Shown one piece after another: positions 1 to 9,423 of a stretch of DNA of 25,764 bases. The notes under the pieces were generated by a model. That model was not told the DNA's origin. It searched no databases and worked only from the letters and a program-made list of their open reading frames with translations. Numbering within the stretch: position 1 is the first letter of the stretch; each line of letters begins with the position of its first letter. The stretch lies in the UHGV virus genome UHGV-0116607; one strand, 5' to 3'. This DNA is from a virus. Made by a program: the position numbers and the translations under genes.

Positions 1-55
1 GTTTCCTGGCATCCTTCCACTCTACACAAACAGCCCCCGTTTTTTCGGAGGTGAT

Positions 56-373
56 ATGGCTAAACGTATGCAAGATAAAGAAAGCATTGCCGGAGTGTCA
101 TGGCTGATAGTCCTTGCTCTGTCATGCTGGGGCGGCCTGGTCCGATACCTTATTGACGTTAAGCAGAACAAAGCCGCCTGGAGCTGGGTCAATGCGCTGG
201 CGCAAATTGCAGTGTCCGGCTTTACCGGTCTTATTGGTGGCCTAATCAGCGTTGAAAGCGGGCTTAGCCTTTACATGATCCTGGTTACTTCTGGTATCAG
301 CGGGGCGATGGGGTCCGTGGCACTGACGTACTTCTGGGAACGACTGACGGGGATGAAGAATGCAAACCAGTGA
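56..373 (+). CDS. Holin (class I-like, three predicted transmembrane segments)
   Basis: 105 aa; GGAGG ribosome-binding site 5-9 nt upstream of ATG; three hydrophobic stretches; N-terminus MAKRM has two in-frame Met separated by Lys-Arg (dual-start-like); sits immediately upstream of and overlaps the endolysin gene. Confidence 0.6.
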   Translation: MAKRMQDKESIAGVSWLIVLALSCWGGLVRYLIDVKQNKAAWSWVNALAQIAVSGFTGLIGGLISVESGLSLYMILVTSGISGAMGSVALTYFWERLTGMKNANQ

Positions 374-800
374 TAAAGGCATTGCCCTGATCAAGCAGTT
401 CGAAGGCTGCAAACTCACCGCCTACCAGGACAGCGTCGGTGTATGGACGATCGGCTATGGCTGGACTCATCCTGTAGACGGGAAACCAATCCGCGCAGGT
501 ATGACGATTAAGCAGGAGACTGCTGAGCGCCTGCTGAAGACCGGACTGGTCAGCTACGAAAGCGATGTGTCCCGCCTGGTAAAAGTTGGCCTGACTCAGG
601 GGCAATTCGATGCCCTGGTATCGTTCACGTACAACCTCGGCGCCCGGTCACTGTCGACATCTACACTGCTGCGAAAACTCAATGCAGGTGATTATGCTGG
701 CGCTGCCGATGAGTTCCTGCGCTGGAATAAAGCTGGCGGTAAAGTCCTGAACGGCCTGACCCGTCGGCGGGAGGCAGAGCGCGCTCTGTTCCTGTCGTGA
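360..800 (+). CDS. Endolysin, T4-type lysozyme (glycoside hydrolase family 24)
   Basis: 146 aa; N-terminal motif FEGCKLTAYQDSVGVWTIGYG with Glu/Asp/Thr spaced as in the T4 lysozyme catalytic triad (E-x8-D-x5-T); start overlaps the holin 3' end. Confidence 0.85.
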   Translation: MQTSDKGIALIKQFEGCKLTAYQDSVGVWTIGYGWTHPVDGKPIRAGMTIKQETAERLLKTGLVSYESDVSRLVKVGLTQGQFDALVSFTYNLGARSLSTSTLLRKLNAGDYAGAADEFLRWNKAGGKVLNGLTRRREAERALFLS

Positions 801-1183
801 TTACCGCGCTGCTAAGGCGTTACTGGCTGCAACTGATTGTGGTGGCGTTAATCGGCGTGCTGGCGCTCCTCGTGAACCACTACCGCGACAACGCCATTAC
901 CTACAAAGACCAGCGCGACAAGGCGACGGTCAGGGCAGACACATCGGAGGCGATCACCAGAAACGTGATCACCACGATGAACCTCATCCGTGACATCTCA
1001 CAGGCTACCCAGAATGCAAAGAACGAACTGGCCAAAAAAGGCGAGACACGCATTGTCTACATCAGGCAGGCGCTTGAAGGCGATCCGTGTGCTAACCAGC
1101 TTGTTCCTGCTGCCGCTGCTGACAGCCTGCGGGAATACCAAAACAGTTTACGTTCCGGCCCCGGTGGTGCCGATAAGCGCTGA
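797..1183 (+). CDS. Rz-like inner-membrane spanin (i-spanin)
   Basis: 128 aa; GTG start overlapping the endolysin stop (GTGA); N-terminal transmembrane helix (LQLIVVALIGVLALLV) followed by a charged, helical periplasmic region; position directly after the endolysin. Confidence 0.6.
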   Translation: MITALLRRYWLQLIVVALIGVLALLVNHYRDNAITYKDQRDKATVRADTSEAITRNVITTMNLIRDISQATQNAKNELAKKGETRIVYIRQALEGDPCANQLVPAAAADSLREYQNSLRSGPGGADKR

Positions 1184-1337
1184 CCTGACAGCTGACACGC
1201 CGATCCCCGGAATGACGGTTCCGTTCACGTGGCAGGCAAGTCTGGAGTTAAACGCTCAGCTCTACACGGCGCTGGGGCAGTGCAATCTGGATAAGGCAGC
1301 AATCAGGAAAATCGAATCATCAAGAGCCTCGCAATAG
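1074..1337 (+). CDS. Rz1-like outer-membrane lipoprotein spanin (o-spanin), +1 frame, overlapping the 3' end of the i-spanin gene
   Basis: Lipoprotein signal peptide with lipobox LLTAC|G (…KAIRVLTSLFLLPLLTACGNTK…), Pro-rich mature part and a C-terminal Cys. Start is uncertain: TTG at 1074 gives a canonical signal peptide; in-frame ATG codons at 1014 and 990 are alternatives. Confidence 0.5.
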   Translation: MKAIRVLTSLFLLPLLTACGNTKTVYVPAPVVPISADLTADTPIPGMTVPFTWQASLELNAQLYTALGQCNLDKAAIRKIESSRASQ

Positions 1338-1351
1338 CGGGGCTTTTTTAT
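1325..1351 (+). terminator. Putative intrinsic terminator after the lysis cassette
   Basis: Hairpin AGCCTCGC-AATA-GCGGGGCT (one mismatch) followed by TTTTTT; overlaps the Rz1 stop codon. Confidence 0.45.
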
Positions 1352-1389
1352 GCGTATCGTACACGCAAACCATCGAGAGTCTTTCAGTC

Positions 1390-1457
1390 GTGAGCCTGAG
1401 GAACGCCGTTAAAGGTGGCGACCTCTCTCGGGCGGCGTTCCTGTACGACAGGCTCAC
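1390..1457 (+). promoter_or_regulatory. Long imperfect inverted repeat (predicted stem-loop) in the leader of the orphan gene
   Basis: Arms GTGAGCCTG+AGGAACGCCG (1390-1408) and CGGCGTTCCT[gtacga]CAGGCTCAC (1433-1457): 19 paired positions with a 6-nt bulge and a 24-nt loop; ends 18 nt before the ATG at 1475; no U-tract follows. Confidence 0.35.
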
Positions 1458-1474
1458 ATCTAAAGGAAAACAGC

Positions 1475-2206
1475 ATGAAAGTTATCAAGTATTGGAAAGT
1501 TCAGCTTCTGCAGCTTTCTCAGCCTTCCGGCAAGCTTCCCGGCATTATCAACGCCCACAATCTGGTCGAAAGCCTGTTGTTTGAGGGGTACTCGAAAGAT
1601 AAACCGAAAATTAACCTCGGTTCCGGAGTAAATATTGAGTTGTTTACAGCGCCCGATTCGCTGGAAACCCGTATCTTTCGTAACCACCTCGTTGACAGTG
1701 TGCGTTGCTTCCCGGTGTTTGAATATGATGATGAAACTGACGGGACTCAGGAAGAGCAGACTAAGCCACCCTCACGCGAGGCCATGATTGAATATATCAA
1801 GCAGGCCATTGGGGAAGGCTATCAGCCTAAAATCTGCCATGAGCTCATTAGCAATCCTGATCTGCTTTGGCAGTTGCATGACGAGGCGGTCGATTATGAA
1901 TATCGCGCTTGTTGGCGCTGGTACCAAGAAGGCCATGGTTTTCATGAGACTTTTAGCGTCCCTGAGAAAATCCACGATCATTCCTGCGTTAACTGTTTTT
2001 CCGATAAAGGCCCATGCCTTGGTGACTGCCACGTTTCCGACGTTAATAAGGCTCGCAGCTCCTCCTTCGAAGACGTAGTGAATCCGGTAATCAAATGGCT
2101 TAACGAAAACGCCAACCCTCATACATCAGTGAGCATCGACGCAACCAGTGCTCAGCTGCTTACTGGTGAAATCGGCATTCACACGGAAGAGTTCATTAAG
2201 GACTGA
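1475..2206 (+). CDS. Hypothetical protein, acidic, Cys/His-rich C-terminal motif (putative moron / accessory gene)
   Basis: 243 aa from ATG with AAGGA ribosome-binding site; lower GC than neighbours; C-x2-C-x6-C-x3-C-H cluster (HDHSCVNCFSDKGPCLGDCH); lies between the lysis cassette terminator and terS; no family recognised by eye. Confidence 0.55.
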   Translation: MKVIKYWKVQLLQLSQPSGKLPGIINAHNLVESLLFEGYSKDKPKINLGSGVNIELFTAPDSLETRIFRNHLVDSVRCFPVFEYDDETDGTQEEQTKPPSREAMIEYIKQAIGEGYQPKICHELISNPDLLWQLHDEAVDYEYRACWRWYQEGHGFHETFSVPEKIHDHSCVNCFSDKGPCLGDCHVSDVNKARSSSFEDVVNPVIKWLNENANPHTSVSIDATSAQLLTGEIGIHTEEFIKD

Positions 2207-2271
2207 CCGGGCATTACAGGAGCCCTTCTCTATGAGGGGCTTCGATAATGTCAAACAGCAGGTGATTCAAC

Positions 2272-3315
2272 ATGGCAAAACCGGACTGGGGAGACCTCCA
2301 AAAACGGTTCCTGTCCGAGCATGCCAAAACCGGCATTTCTCCCAAAGAATGGTGCGAAGCGCAGGGACTGAATTACTCGACTGCAAAGCGCTATATCAAA
2401 ATTGCGAATGGTAGTGCGAATTCGCAAAAGAAAAGTGCGAATAAAACTGCGAATTCGCAAAAGGCGGATCATGCGAAAAGGAGTGTAAAGCCAGAGCCTG
2501 AGGCGCAAAAAAAAACTGCGTCAGAGTGCTCAATGCCTCCTCCTTCAGCTCCAGATGATTTCGGACTTTCCGACCAGCAGATGATATTTGCACAACACGT
2601 CGTCGATGGGAAAACCCGAGTAGATGCATATCGCCTTGCCGGTTATGCGGGGACGGGAAATGCCGCCTATGTGACTGCAAGTCAGCTCCTCAGAAACCCT
2701 AAGGTTTCACGCTACGTGCATCACCTGCGTAATGAGCGACAGAAGCGATACGCTGCAGAACTCGATGATGTGATCGGTCAGTTGACCGCAATCATTAACG
2801 CTGACCCAAACGAGATATCTCAATACCGTCGCGTTAACTGCCGGTACTGCTGGGGAAGCGATCACAAATATCAATGGCGAGATATCGCCGAGCAGCTATC
2901 CGCTGAGCGCAAGGCTGAATCGGATGGTACCGCGCCGCCAGATACATCCGGCGGAATTGGCTTTGTCGACAACGCCGATCCAAATCCTGAGTGCCCTCGC
3001 TGTAATGGCGAAGGGGTAGGAGAACCTTTCTTTGCTGACACTCGCGATCTTGAAGGTGACGCGCGCTATCTGCTGCAAGGTGTGAAGCTGGGCAAATTCG
3101 GGATTGAAATCCTGACTGCCGACAAAGACAGCGCCCGCAAAGAGCTGGCCAGACTAATCCTTTTGCGGAATACGAGCGAGCGTCAATCGCTGCTCGATGT
3201 AGAGCGTCTCGAGTTGCAGAACGAGAAACTACGTCACGAAATTAGTGCTCTGAGAGACGGCGACAAAGATAACGCGATCGTCGTACACAACACCCTGCCG
3301 ATACCTGGAAGATGA
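2272..3315 (+). CDS. Terminase small subunit
   Basis: 347 aa; AGGTGA ribosome-binding site; directly upstream of and abutting the large terminase; N-terminal region reads as a DNA-binding helix-turn-helix segment followed by a basic linker; C-terminal coiled-coil-like region. Family assignment not verified. Confidence 0.6.
   Translation: MAKPDWGDLQKRFLSEHAKTGISPKEWCEAQGLNYSTAKRYIKIANGSANSQKKSANKTANSQKADHAKRSVKPEPEAQKKTASECSMPPPSAPDDFGLSDQQMIFAQHVVDGKTRVDAYRLAGYAGTGNAAYVTASQLLRNPKVSRYVHHLRNERQKRYAAELDDVIGQLTAIINADPNEISQYRRVNCRYCWGSDHKYQWRDIAEQLSAERKAESDGTAPPDTSGGIGFVDNADPNPECPRCNGEGVGEPFFADTRDLEGDARYLLQGVKLGKFGIEILTADKDSARKELARLILLRNTSERQSLLDVERLELQNEKLRHEISALRDGDKDNAIVVHNTLPIPGR
2401..2466. 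repeat. 33-bp tandem direct repeat (2 units, about 25/33 identical), each containing the palindrome TGCGAATTCGCA
   Basis: Units 2401-2433 and 2434-2466; perfect 12-bp palindromes at 2415-2426 and 2448-2459; additional TGCGAAT copies at 2403 and 2436; encodes the duplicated peptide SANSQKK / TANSQKA within terS. Confidence 0.6.
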
Positions 3316-3316
3316 T

Positions 3317-4648
3317 ATGGCCGACATTTACCTCCCGACGCTGCATGACGGGCAGTTAAAGGTCTGGTCAGATTCCTGGGAAGGTCAACTGCACGCGGTC
3401 CGGTGTGGTCGCCGCTGGGGTAAGACCTTCATGCTTTCCAGCGCTGCGGTGACCTACGCTACAGCGCCGTTTAAGCGTCCGGGCATGGACATTGAACTCG
3501 GTGGCCGTGTCGGTATCTTCACAGCTGAGTACCGCCAGTATCAGGAGATCTACGACAAGCTCGAAGAAATCCTGCTGCCGCTGAAAAAGAGCTTCAGCCG
3601 GCAGGAAAAGCGCCTGCTGCTGAAGAACGGCGGGAAGATTGACTTCTGGGTCACCAACGACAACAAACTGGCCGGTCGTGGTCGTGAGTACGAAATTATC
3701 CTGATCGATGAGGCGGCGTTTACCAAGTCGCCTGAAATGCTGAAGGAAATCTGGCCGAAGTCGATTAAGCCGACGCTACTGACGACAAAAGGTCGGGCCT
3801 ACGTATTCTCAACGCCTGACGGTGTGGACGAAGAAAACTTCTTCTATGCCATCTGCCATAACAAAGACCTCGGCTTCCATGAGCATCATGCTCCGACGTC
3901 ATCCAACCCCTTCGTTCCTCCTGAGGAACTGGAGAAGGAGAGGGCCAACAACGACCCGCGCGTGTTCCGCCAGGAGTTTCTGGCCGAGTTCGTCGACTGG
4001 TCTGCCGCTTCGCTGTTCGACGTCCGCAAATGGTTCGAGGGTGAAAATCAGGATCAGCCTGTCGATTACCCTGAAATGTGCCAGGCCGTCTTCGCTGTCA
4101 TGGATACCGCCGTCAAAGGTGGATCAGAACATGACGGTACGGCTGTGGTGTATTACGCCGTCGACACCCGGCCCGGCATTCAGCGCCTCACCATTCTCGA
4201 CTGGGATGTGGTGCAGATTGACGGCGCACTGCTGGAGACGTGGATGCCGTCGGTGTTCGACCGCCTCAATGAGCTTTCCGGCCAGTGCGTTGCCATCAAC
4301 GGCAGCCTTGGCGTGTTCATAGAAGACGCCAGCATGGGCAGCATCCTCCTGCAGAAAGGCGAAAGCCTTGGATGGCCGGTCAACAAAATTGAGTCCGCCC
4401 TGACCAGCAAAGGAAAGGACGAACGCGCCATTATGGCCTCCGGTTATCACTACCGCGGGCTGGCGAAAATTTCCCGACACGCCTACGAGAAGACAGCCGT
4501 CTTTAAGGGCGAGACAGCAAACCATCTGCACAAGCAGGTTTCCCGATTCCACCTTGCCGACAAGAAAGCGCATAAGCGCGCCGATGACCTTCTCGATGAT
4601 TACACCTACGGGCTGATCATCGCCTTCGGCAGCGGCGACGCAATCTGA
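3317..4648 (+). CDS. Terminase large subunit (ATPase/nuclease)
   Basis: 443 aa; Walker A-like CGRRWGKT near the N-terminus; Walker B-like YEIILIDEAAF; immediately follows terS. Confidence 0.8.
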   Translation: MADIYLPTLHDGQLKVWSDSWEGQLHAVRCGRRWGKTFMLSSAAVTYATAPFKRPGMDIELGGRVGIFTAEYRQYQEIYDKLEEILLPLKKSFSRQEKRLLLKNGGKIDFWVTNDNKLAGRGREYEIILIDEAAFTKSPEMLKEIWPKSIKPTLLTTKGRAYVFSTPDGVDEENFFYAICHNKDLGFHEHHAPTSSNPFVPPEELEKERANNDPRVFRQEFLAEFVDWSAASLFDVRKWFEGENQDQPVDYPEMCQAVFAVMDTAVKGGSEHDGTAVVYYAVDTRPGIQRLTILDWDVVQIDGALLETWMPSVFDRLNELSGQCVAINGSLGVFIEDASMGSILLQKGESLGWPVNKIESALTSKGKDERAIMASGYHYRGLAKISRHAYEKTAVFKGETANHLHKQVSRFHLADKKAHKRADDLLDDYTYGLIIAFGSGDAI

Positions 4649-4659
4649 CGAGAGAACCA

Positions 4660-6078
4660 ATGAACGAAGACGATTTCGAAATCGGCAGCTGCTCTCCAGA
4701 GTTGATGGCATTGCTGGACAGCGACGATATTCAGCCTGGTTCCTCGGCTGGGTATCAGGCCTGCAAGACGATTTATCTCTTCCACCCCCTGGGCGGAAAG
4801 ATGGTGGATCGCCCGATTAAAATGGCGATGAATGAGCCGCGCACCGTGCATGTTGCCCAGTCGTACGGCCTTGAGCAGCGCCTGCGCGACGCGTTCGAGC
4901 GCGAATGGAAAGAGATGGGTGCGAACCAGCACATCGCCAACGCCGCGCGCATAGCCCGTATTTACGGCGTATCAGCGATCGCAATGCTGGTGGATAACCA
5001 GGAGCCGAATGAATCGCTGGACTACCGCACGCTGTACAAGCACAACGTCAGCTTTAACATTCTCGATCCGTTGAATACCGCGGGCAGTATCGTGCTGAAC
5101 CAGGACCCAAACGCCCATGACTTCCAGAAAGTCGAAGGCATTCGTGTGGCTGGCAAGCCATACCACAAATCGCGATGCATAGTCGCGCAGAACGAAGATC
5201 CTATTTATCTCGCGTACAACCCTGCGGCGTTCGGGTTCACCGGACGCAGTGTGTATCAGCGTGCGCTTTTCCCGCTGAAATCCTTTATTCAGACCATGCG
5301 CACTGATGACATGGTTGCGGTTAAAGGCGGACTGCTAATTACCAAAATTGCAGGCGCTGGCGCGGTTGTTAACAAAGTTATGCAGGCGCTGGGTGGATTC
5401 AAGCGCATGCTGCTGAAGCGGGGTAAAACTGGTGAGGTCCTGCAGATTGGACCGCAGGATGGTATCGAGTCAATCGATCTGAGTAATCTGGAAAAACCTC
5501 TCGACTCTGCGCGTAAGCATATTCTGGAGAACATAGCCGCCGCCGCCGACATGCCAGCGATCATCCTCAACTCTGAGACGTTCGCCCAGGGCTTCGGTGA
5601 AGGCACTGAAGATGCCCGTGCCGTAGCGGTGTACATCGACAATATCCGCGAGTGGCTGGACCCGCTTTACGCGTTCTTCATCCGCGTGTGCCAGTACCGC
5701 GCCTGGAGTATTGAGTTCTTCCAGTCTCTGCGTGCCGACCTCCCGGAGCTGAAAAACACCTACAGCGTTTATTTCGCGAGCTGGATAAACAACTTCGAAT
5801 ATCGCTGGCCGTCCTCCCTGAAAGAGCCGGAAAGCGAGAAGGTGAAGGTCGACGAGACGCGCTTTAAGGCGATCGTCAGCATGCTGGAAGTGGTGCTGCC
5901 GCAGCTCACGGCTGACCCGGAAAACCGCGCGACGCTTATCGAATGGGCGTGCGAAAACGCCAACGCCAACGAGAACCTCTTCCCCCAGCGGCTTAATCTT
6001 GATTACGACTCGCTGAAGGAAAACCCACCGCCGGAGCCGCCGAAAGCTGAAGAGCCAGGCGGCGGGATGATGCTATGA
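4660..6078 (+). CDS. Portal protein (putative)
   Basis: 472 aa; position immediately after the large terminase; size typical of portal proteins; no motif-level confirmation possible by eye. Confidence 0.5.
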   Translation: MNEDDFEIGSCSPELMALLDSDDIQPGSSAGYQACKTIYLFHPLGGKMVDRPIKMAMNEPRTVHVAQSYGLEQRLRDAFEREWKEMGANQHIANAARIARIYGVSAIAMLVDNQEPNESLDYRTLYKHNVSFNILDPLNTAGSIVLNQDPNAHDFQKVEGIRVAGKPYHKSRCIVAQNEDPIYLAYNPAAFGFTGRSVYQRALFPLKSFIQTMRTDDMVAVKGGLLITKIAGAGAVVNKVMQALGGFKRMLLKRGKTGEVLQIGPQDGIESIDLSNLEKPLDSARKHILENIAAAADMPAIILNSETFAQGFGEGTEDARAVAVYIDNIREWLDPLYAFFIRVCQYRAWSIEFFQSLRADLPELKNTYSVYFASWINNFEYRWPSSLKEPESEKVKVDETRFKAIVSMLEVVLPQLTADPENRATLIEWACENANANENLFPQRLNLDYDSLKENPPPEPPKAEEPGGGMML

Positions 6079-6899
6079 ACACTTTCACCCGAACAGTGAG
6101 AGACGCGGTGAAGTTCTTTCTCCGCAATGGCTACTCATCCCGGGAAGAGCTGGAACGCTGGCAGGCGATTATCCGCCAGGCGGCCGAAAGCGAAACCTCC
6201 GATGACTACATGGCGATGGTCACCCGCAACCTGACGAAAGCTTACGACCTGCAGGTTGGTCGCGCTGGCGCGCTGAAGCGCCACCAGGGCATATCCCGGT
6301 TTACGCTCAACTACCTTGAGCCGAAGCTGAGGACGGAACTCGACAGGCGGATCCTCGCCAGCGCTGACCTAATCCAGCTCAATCGCAAAAAAGCCATCGA
6401 CACTACGTTGTCGCGGTTTAGCGGCTGGGCCAGCAGCATTCCCTCAGCCGACAGCATTGCGCTGACCGGCATTCAGGGAACGATGCGGGAGACGGCAGCG
6501 CACATTCAGAAGGCCGCCGAGAAGGTGGACTATGAAGCGCGCCGGGTGATGATCGACCAGAACCATAAGCTGATAGCCAACATCGACAACGTGATCGCAA
6601 CGAGCAATAACGCGATTGCAGCGATATGGCACAGCCACTGGCGGCGGCCGGGTTATGACTTCCGGGAAGACCACAAGGAACGCGATCAGCTGTATTACCT
6701 GATTCGCGGGAACTGGGCGCAAAAAAACGGGTACGTGAAAGCAGGTCCTGCCGGCTACCTGGACGAAATCACTCAGCCAGGCGAAGAGGTTTTTTGCCAG
6801 TGCTACGTGACATACATCTACAACCTCCGAAGCATTCCTGAATACATGCTGACCCAGAAGGGGCAGAAGTTCATGGAGTCGATGAAGAAAGCAGCATAG
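6075..6899 (+). CDS. Head morphogenesis protein (MuF / SPP1 gp7-like, putative)
   Basis: 274 aa; ATGA start/stop overlap with the portal gene; conserved position downstream of portal. Confidence 0.4.
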   Translation: MNTFTRTVRDAVKFFLRNGYSSREELERWQAIIRQAAESETSDDYMAMVTRNLTKAYDLQVGRAGALKRHQGISRFTLNYLEPKLRTELDRRILASADLIQLNRKKAIDTTLSRFSGWASSIPSADSIALTGIQGTMRETAAHIQKAAEKVDYEARRVMIDQNHKLIANIDNVIATSNNAIAAIWHSHWRRPGYDFREDHKERDQLYYLIRGNWAQKNGYVKAGPAGYLDEITQPGEEVFCQCYVTYIYNLRSIPEYMLTQKGQKFMESMKKAA

Positions 6900-6908
6900 G
6901 AGCATTAA

Positions 6909-8531
<1,623 letters not shown>

Positions 8532-8546
8532 CGGGAGCTCTCAAGC

Positions 8547-9407
8547 ATGGCTAACTTATCTCTTAACCCGATGGCAACCACGAATGCGCTTGGCTCCTTC
8601 GGTGTGCAGTCCGACGGTTATATTCAGGGTGTGGCGCTGGATGACCCGGCCAACCGCTTTAACCTGGCGGCGGGTACCGTGGCGGCAACGGAAACCAAAC
8701 CACTGTGGGGCGGTCTGCCAGTTGCTGAGCTTCTGCCCGGCACCAGCTCAAGCCCGCGCGGTTCTTATATTCGTCGCGCTGTGTCTGTTGCCGAGCTGGA
8801 GGGCTTCACAGTCTTCAATCAGGCTCACAACGGCCTGACCACTCCGCAGTCTCCGGTCCCGCTGTACGCCTCCGGCATGAGCGTTTCGTACTACCGCCTG
8901 GGTTCTAACATGCGCGTTCCGCTGAAAGCTTCTGCGCAGGTTGTCGCGCTGGGCACTTCCGGCGCGTCGGTTAAAACGCCGCTGGCCTGGGATTTCGTGA
9001 ACAACCAGATTACCACCGCGGCGGCGGCCGGTTTCGCCGGTTCTGATATTGCGACAACCGCTGTGACCTATGCCAATGGTGTGGCGACAGCGGTAACCGC
9101 TTCAGCTCATGGCCTGACTGCTGGTCAGTACGTGAAAATCAGCGGCGTCGCTCCTGCTGCGTACAACGGCACTGTGGTCGTACTGTCAGTCGTTAACGCA
9201 ACAACCTTTACCTATGCACCGGCAACTGCACCGAGCGGCGCTGCAACCACGCAGGGCACCGTTGGCGCAGTTACGCTTTCCGACATCACGCTGCCGGTAA
9301 AAGTGCTCGCTATCGAATCAGGCAACTCCAAGACTGTCAGCTATGACAGCGCGACGGGCTTCCTGACCTGGAATAACACCGACAGCTGCGCGCTGGTCTT
9401 ACTTTAA
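8547..9407 (+). CDS. Head structural protein with C-terminal Ig-like domain (decoration/capsid accessory protein, putative)
   Basis: 286 aa; AGCTC-rich upstream region; C-terminal domain …HGLTAGQYVKISGVAPAAYNGTVVVLSVVNATTFTYAP… shared with the sheath and J-like proteins in this window. Confidence 0.4.
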   Translation: MANLSLNPMATTNALGSFGVQSDGYIQGVALDDPANRFNLAAGTVAATETKPLWGGLPVAELLPGTSSSPRGSYIRRAVSVAELEGFTVFNQAHNGLTTPQSPVPLYASGMSVSYYRLGSNMRVPLKASAQVVALGTSGASVKTPLAWDFVNNQITTAAAAGFAGSDIATTAVTYANGVATAVTASAHGLTAGQYVKISGVAPAAYNGTVVVLSVVNATTFTYAPATAPSGAATTQGTVGAVTLSDITLPVKVLAIESGNSKTVSYDSATGFLTWNNTDSCALVLL

Positions 9408-9423
9408 TCGGGAGCTGAATTAA

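Noticed and set aside
1-55. Possible late-promoter terminator (C-run followed by TTTTTT) upstream of the holin
   Set aside because: The upstream arm of any hairpin would lie outside the window; cannot be supported from the sequence present.
1390-1584. ORF-track entries 1390-1584 and the 1415 start for the orphan gene
   Set aside because: 1390-1584 is a GTG-initiated out-of-frame ORF coinciding with the leader inverted repeat; for the main frame the ATG at 1475 has a proper ribosome-binding site, whereas 1415 would begin inside the stem-loop.
2207-2271. Weak hairpin (AGCCCTTCTCTATGAGGGGCT) between the orphan gene and terS as a terminator
   Set aside because: Imperfect stem and no following U-tract; more likely incidental or part of the terS translation initiation region.
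2401-2480. Possible CRISPR-like array from the repeated TGCGAAT elements
   Set aside because: Only two 33-bp units, the repeats are inside a coding sequence and the would-be spacers are too short and similar; no cas genes nearby.
3822-4932. Internal and antisense ORFs within the large terminase and portal genes (3822-4322 plus, 4124-4711 minus, 4606-4932 minus)
   Set aside because: Fully overlapped by well-supported coding sequences (Walker A/B-containing terminase); Arg/Ser/Pro-rich compositions typical of out-of-frame translation of GC-rich coding DNA.
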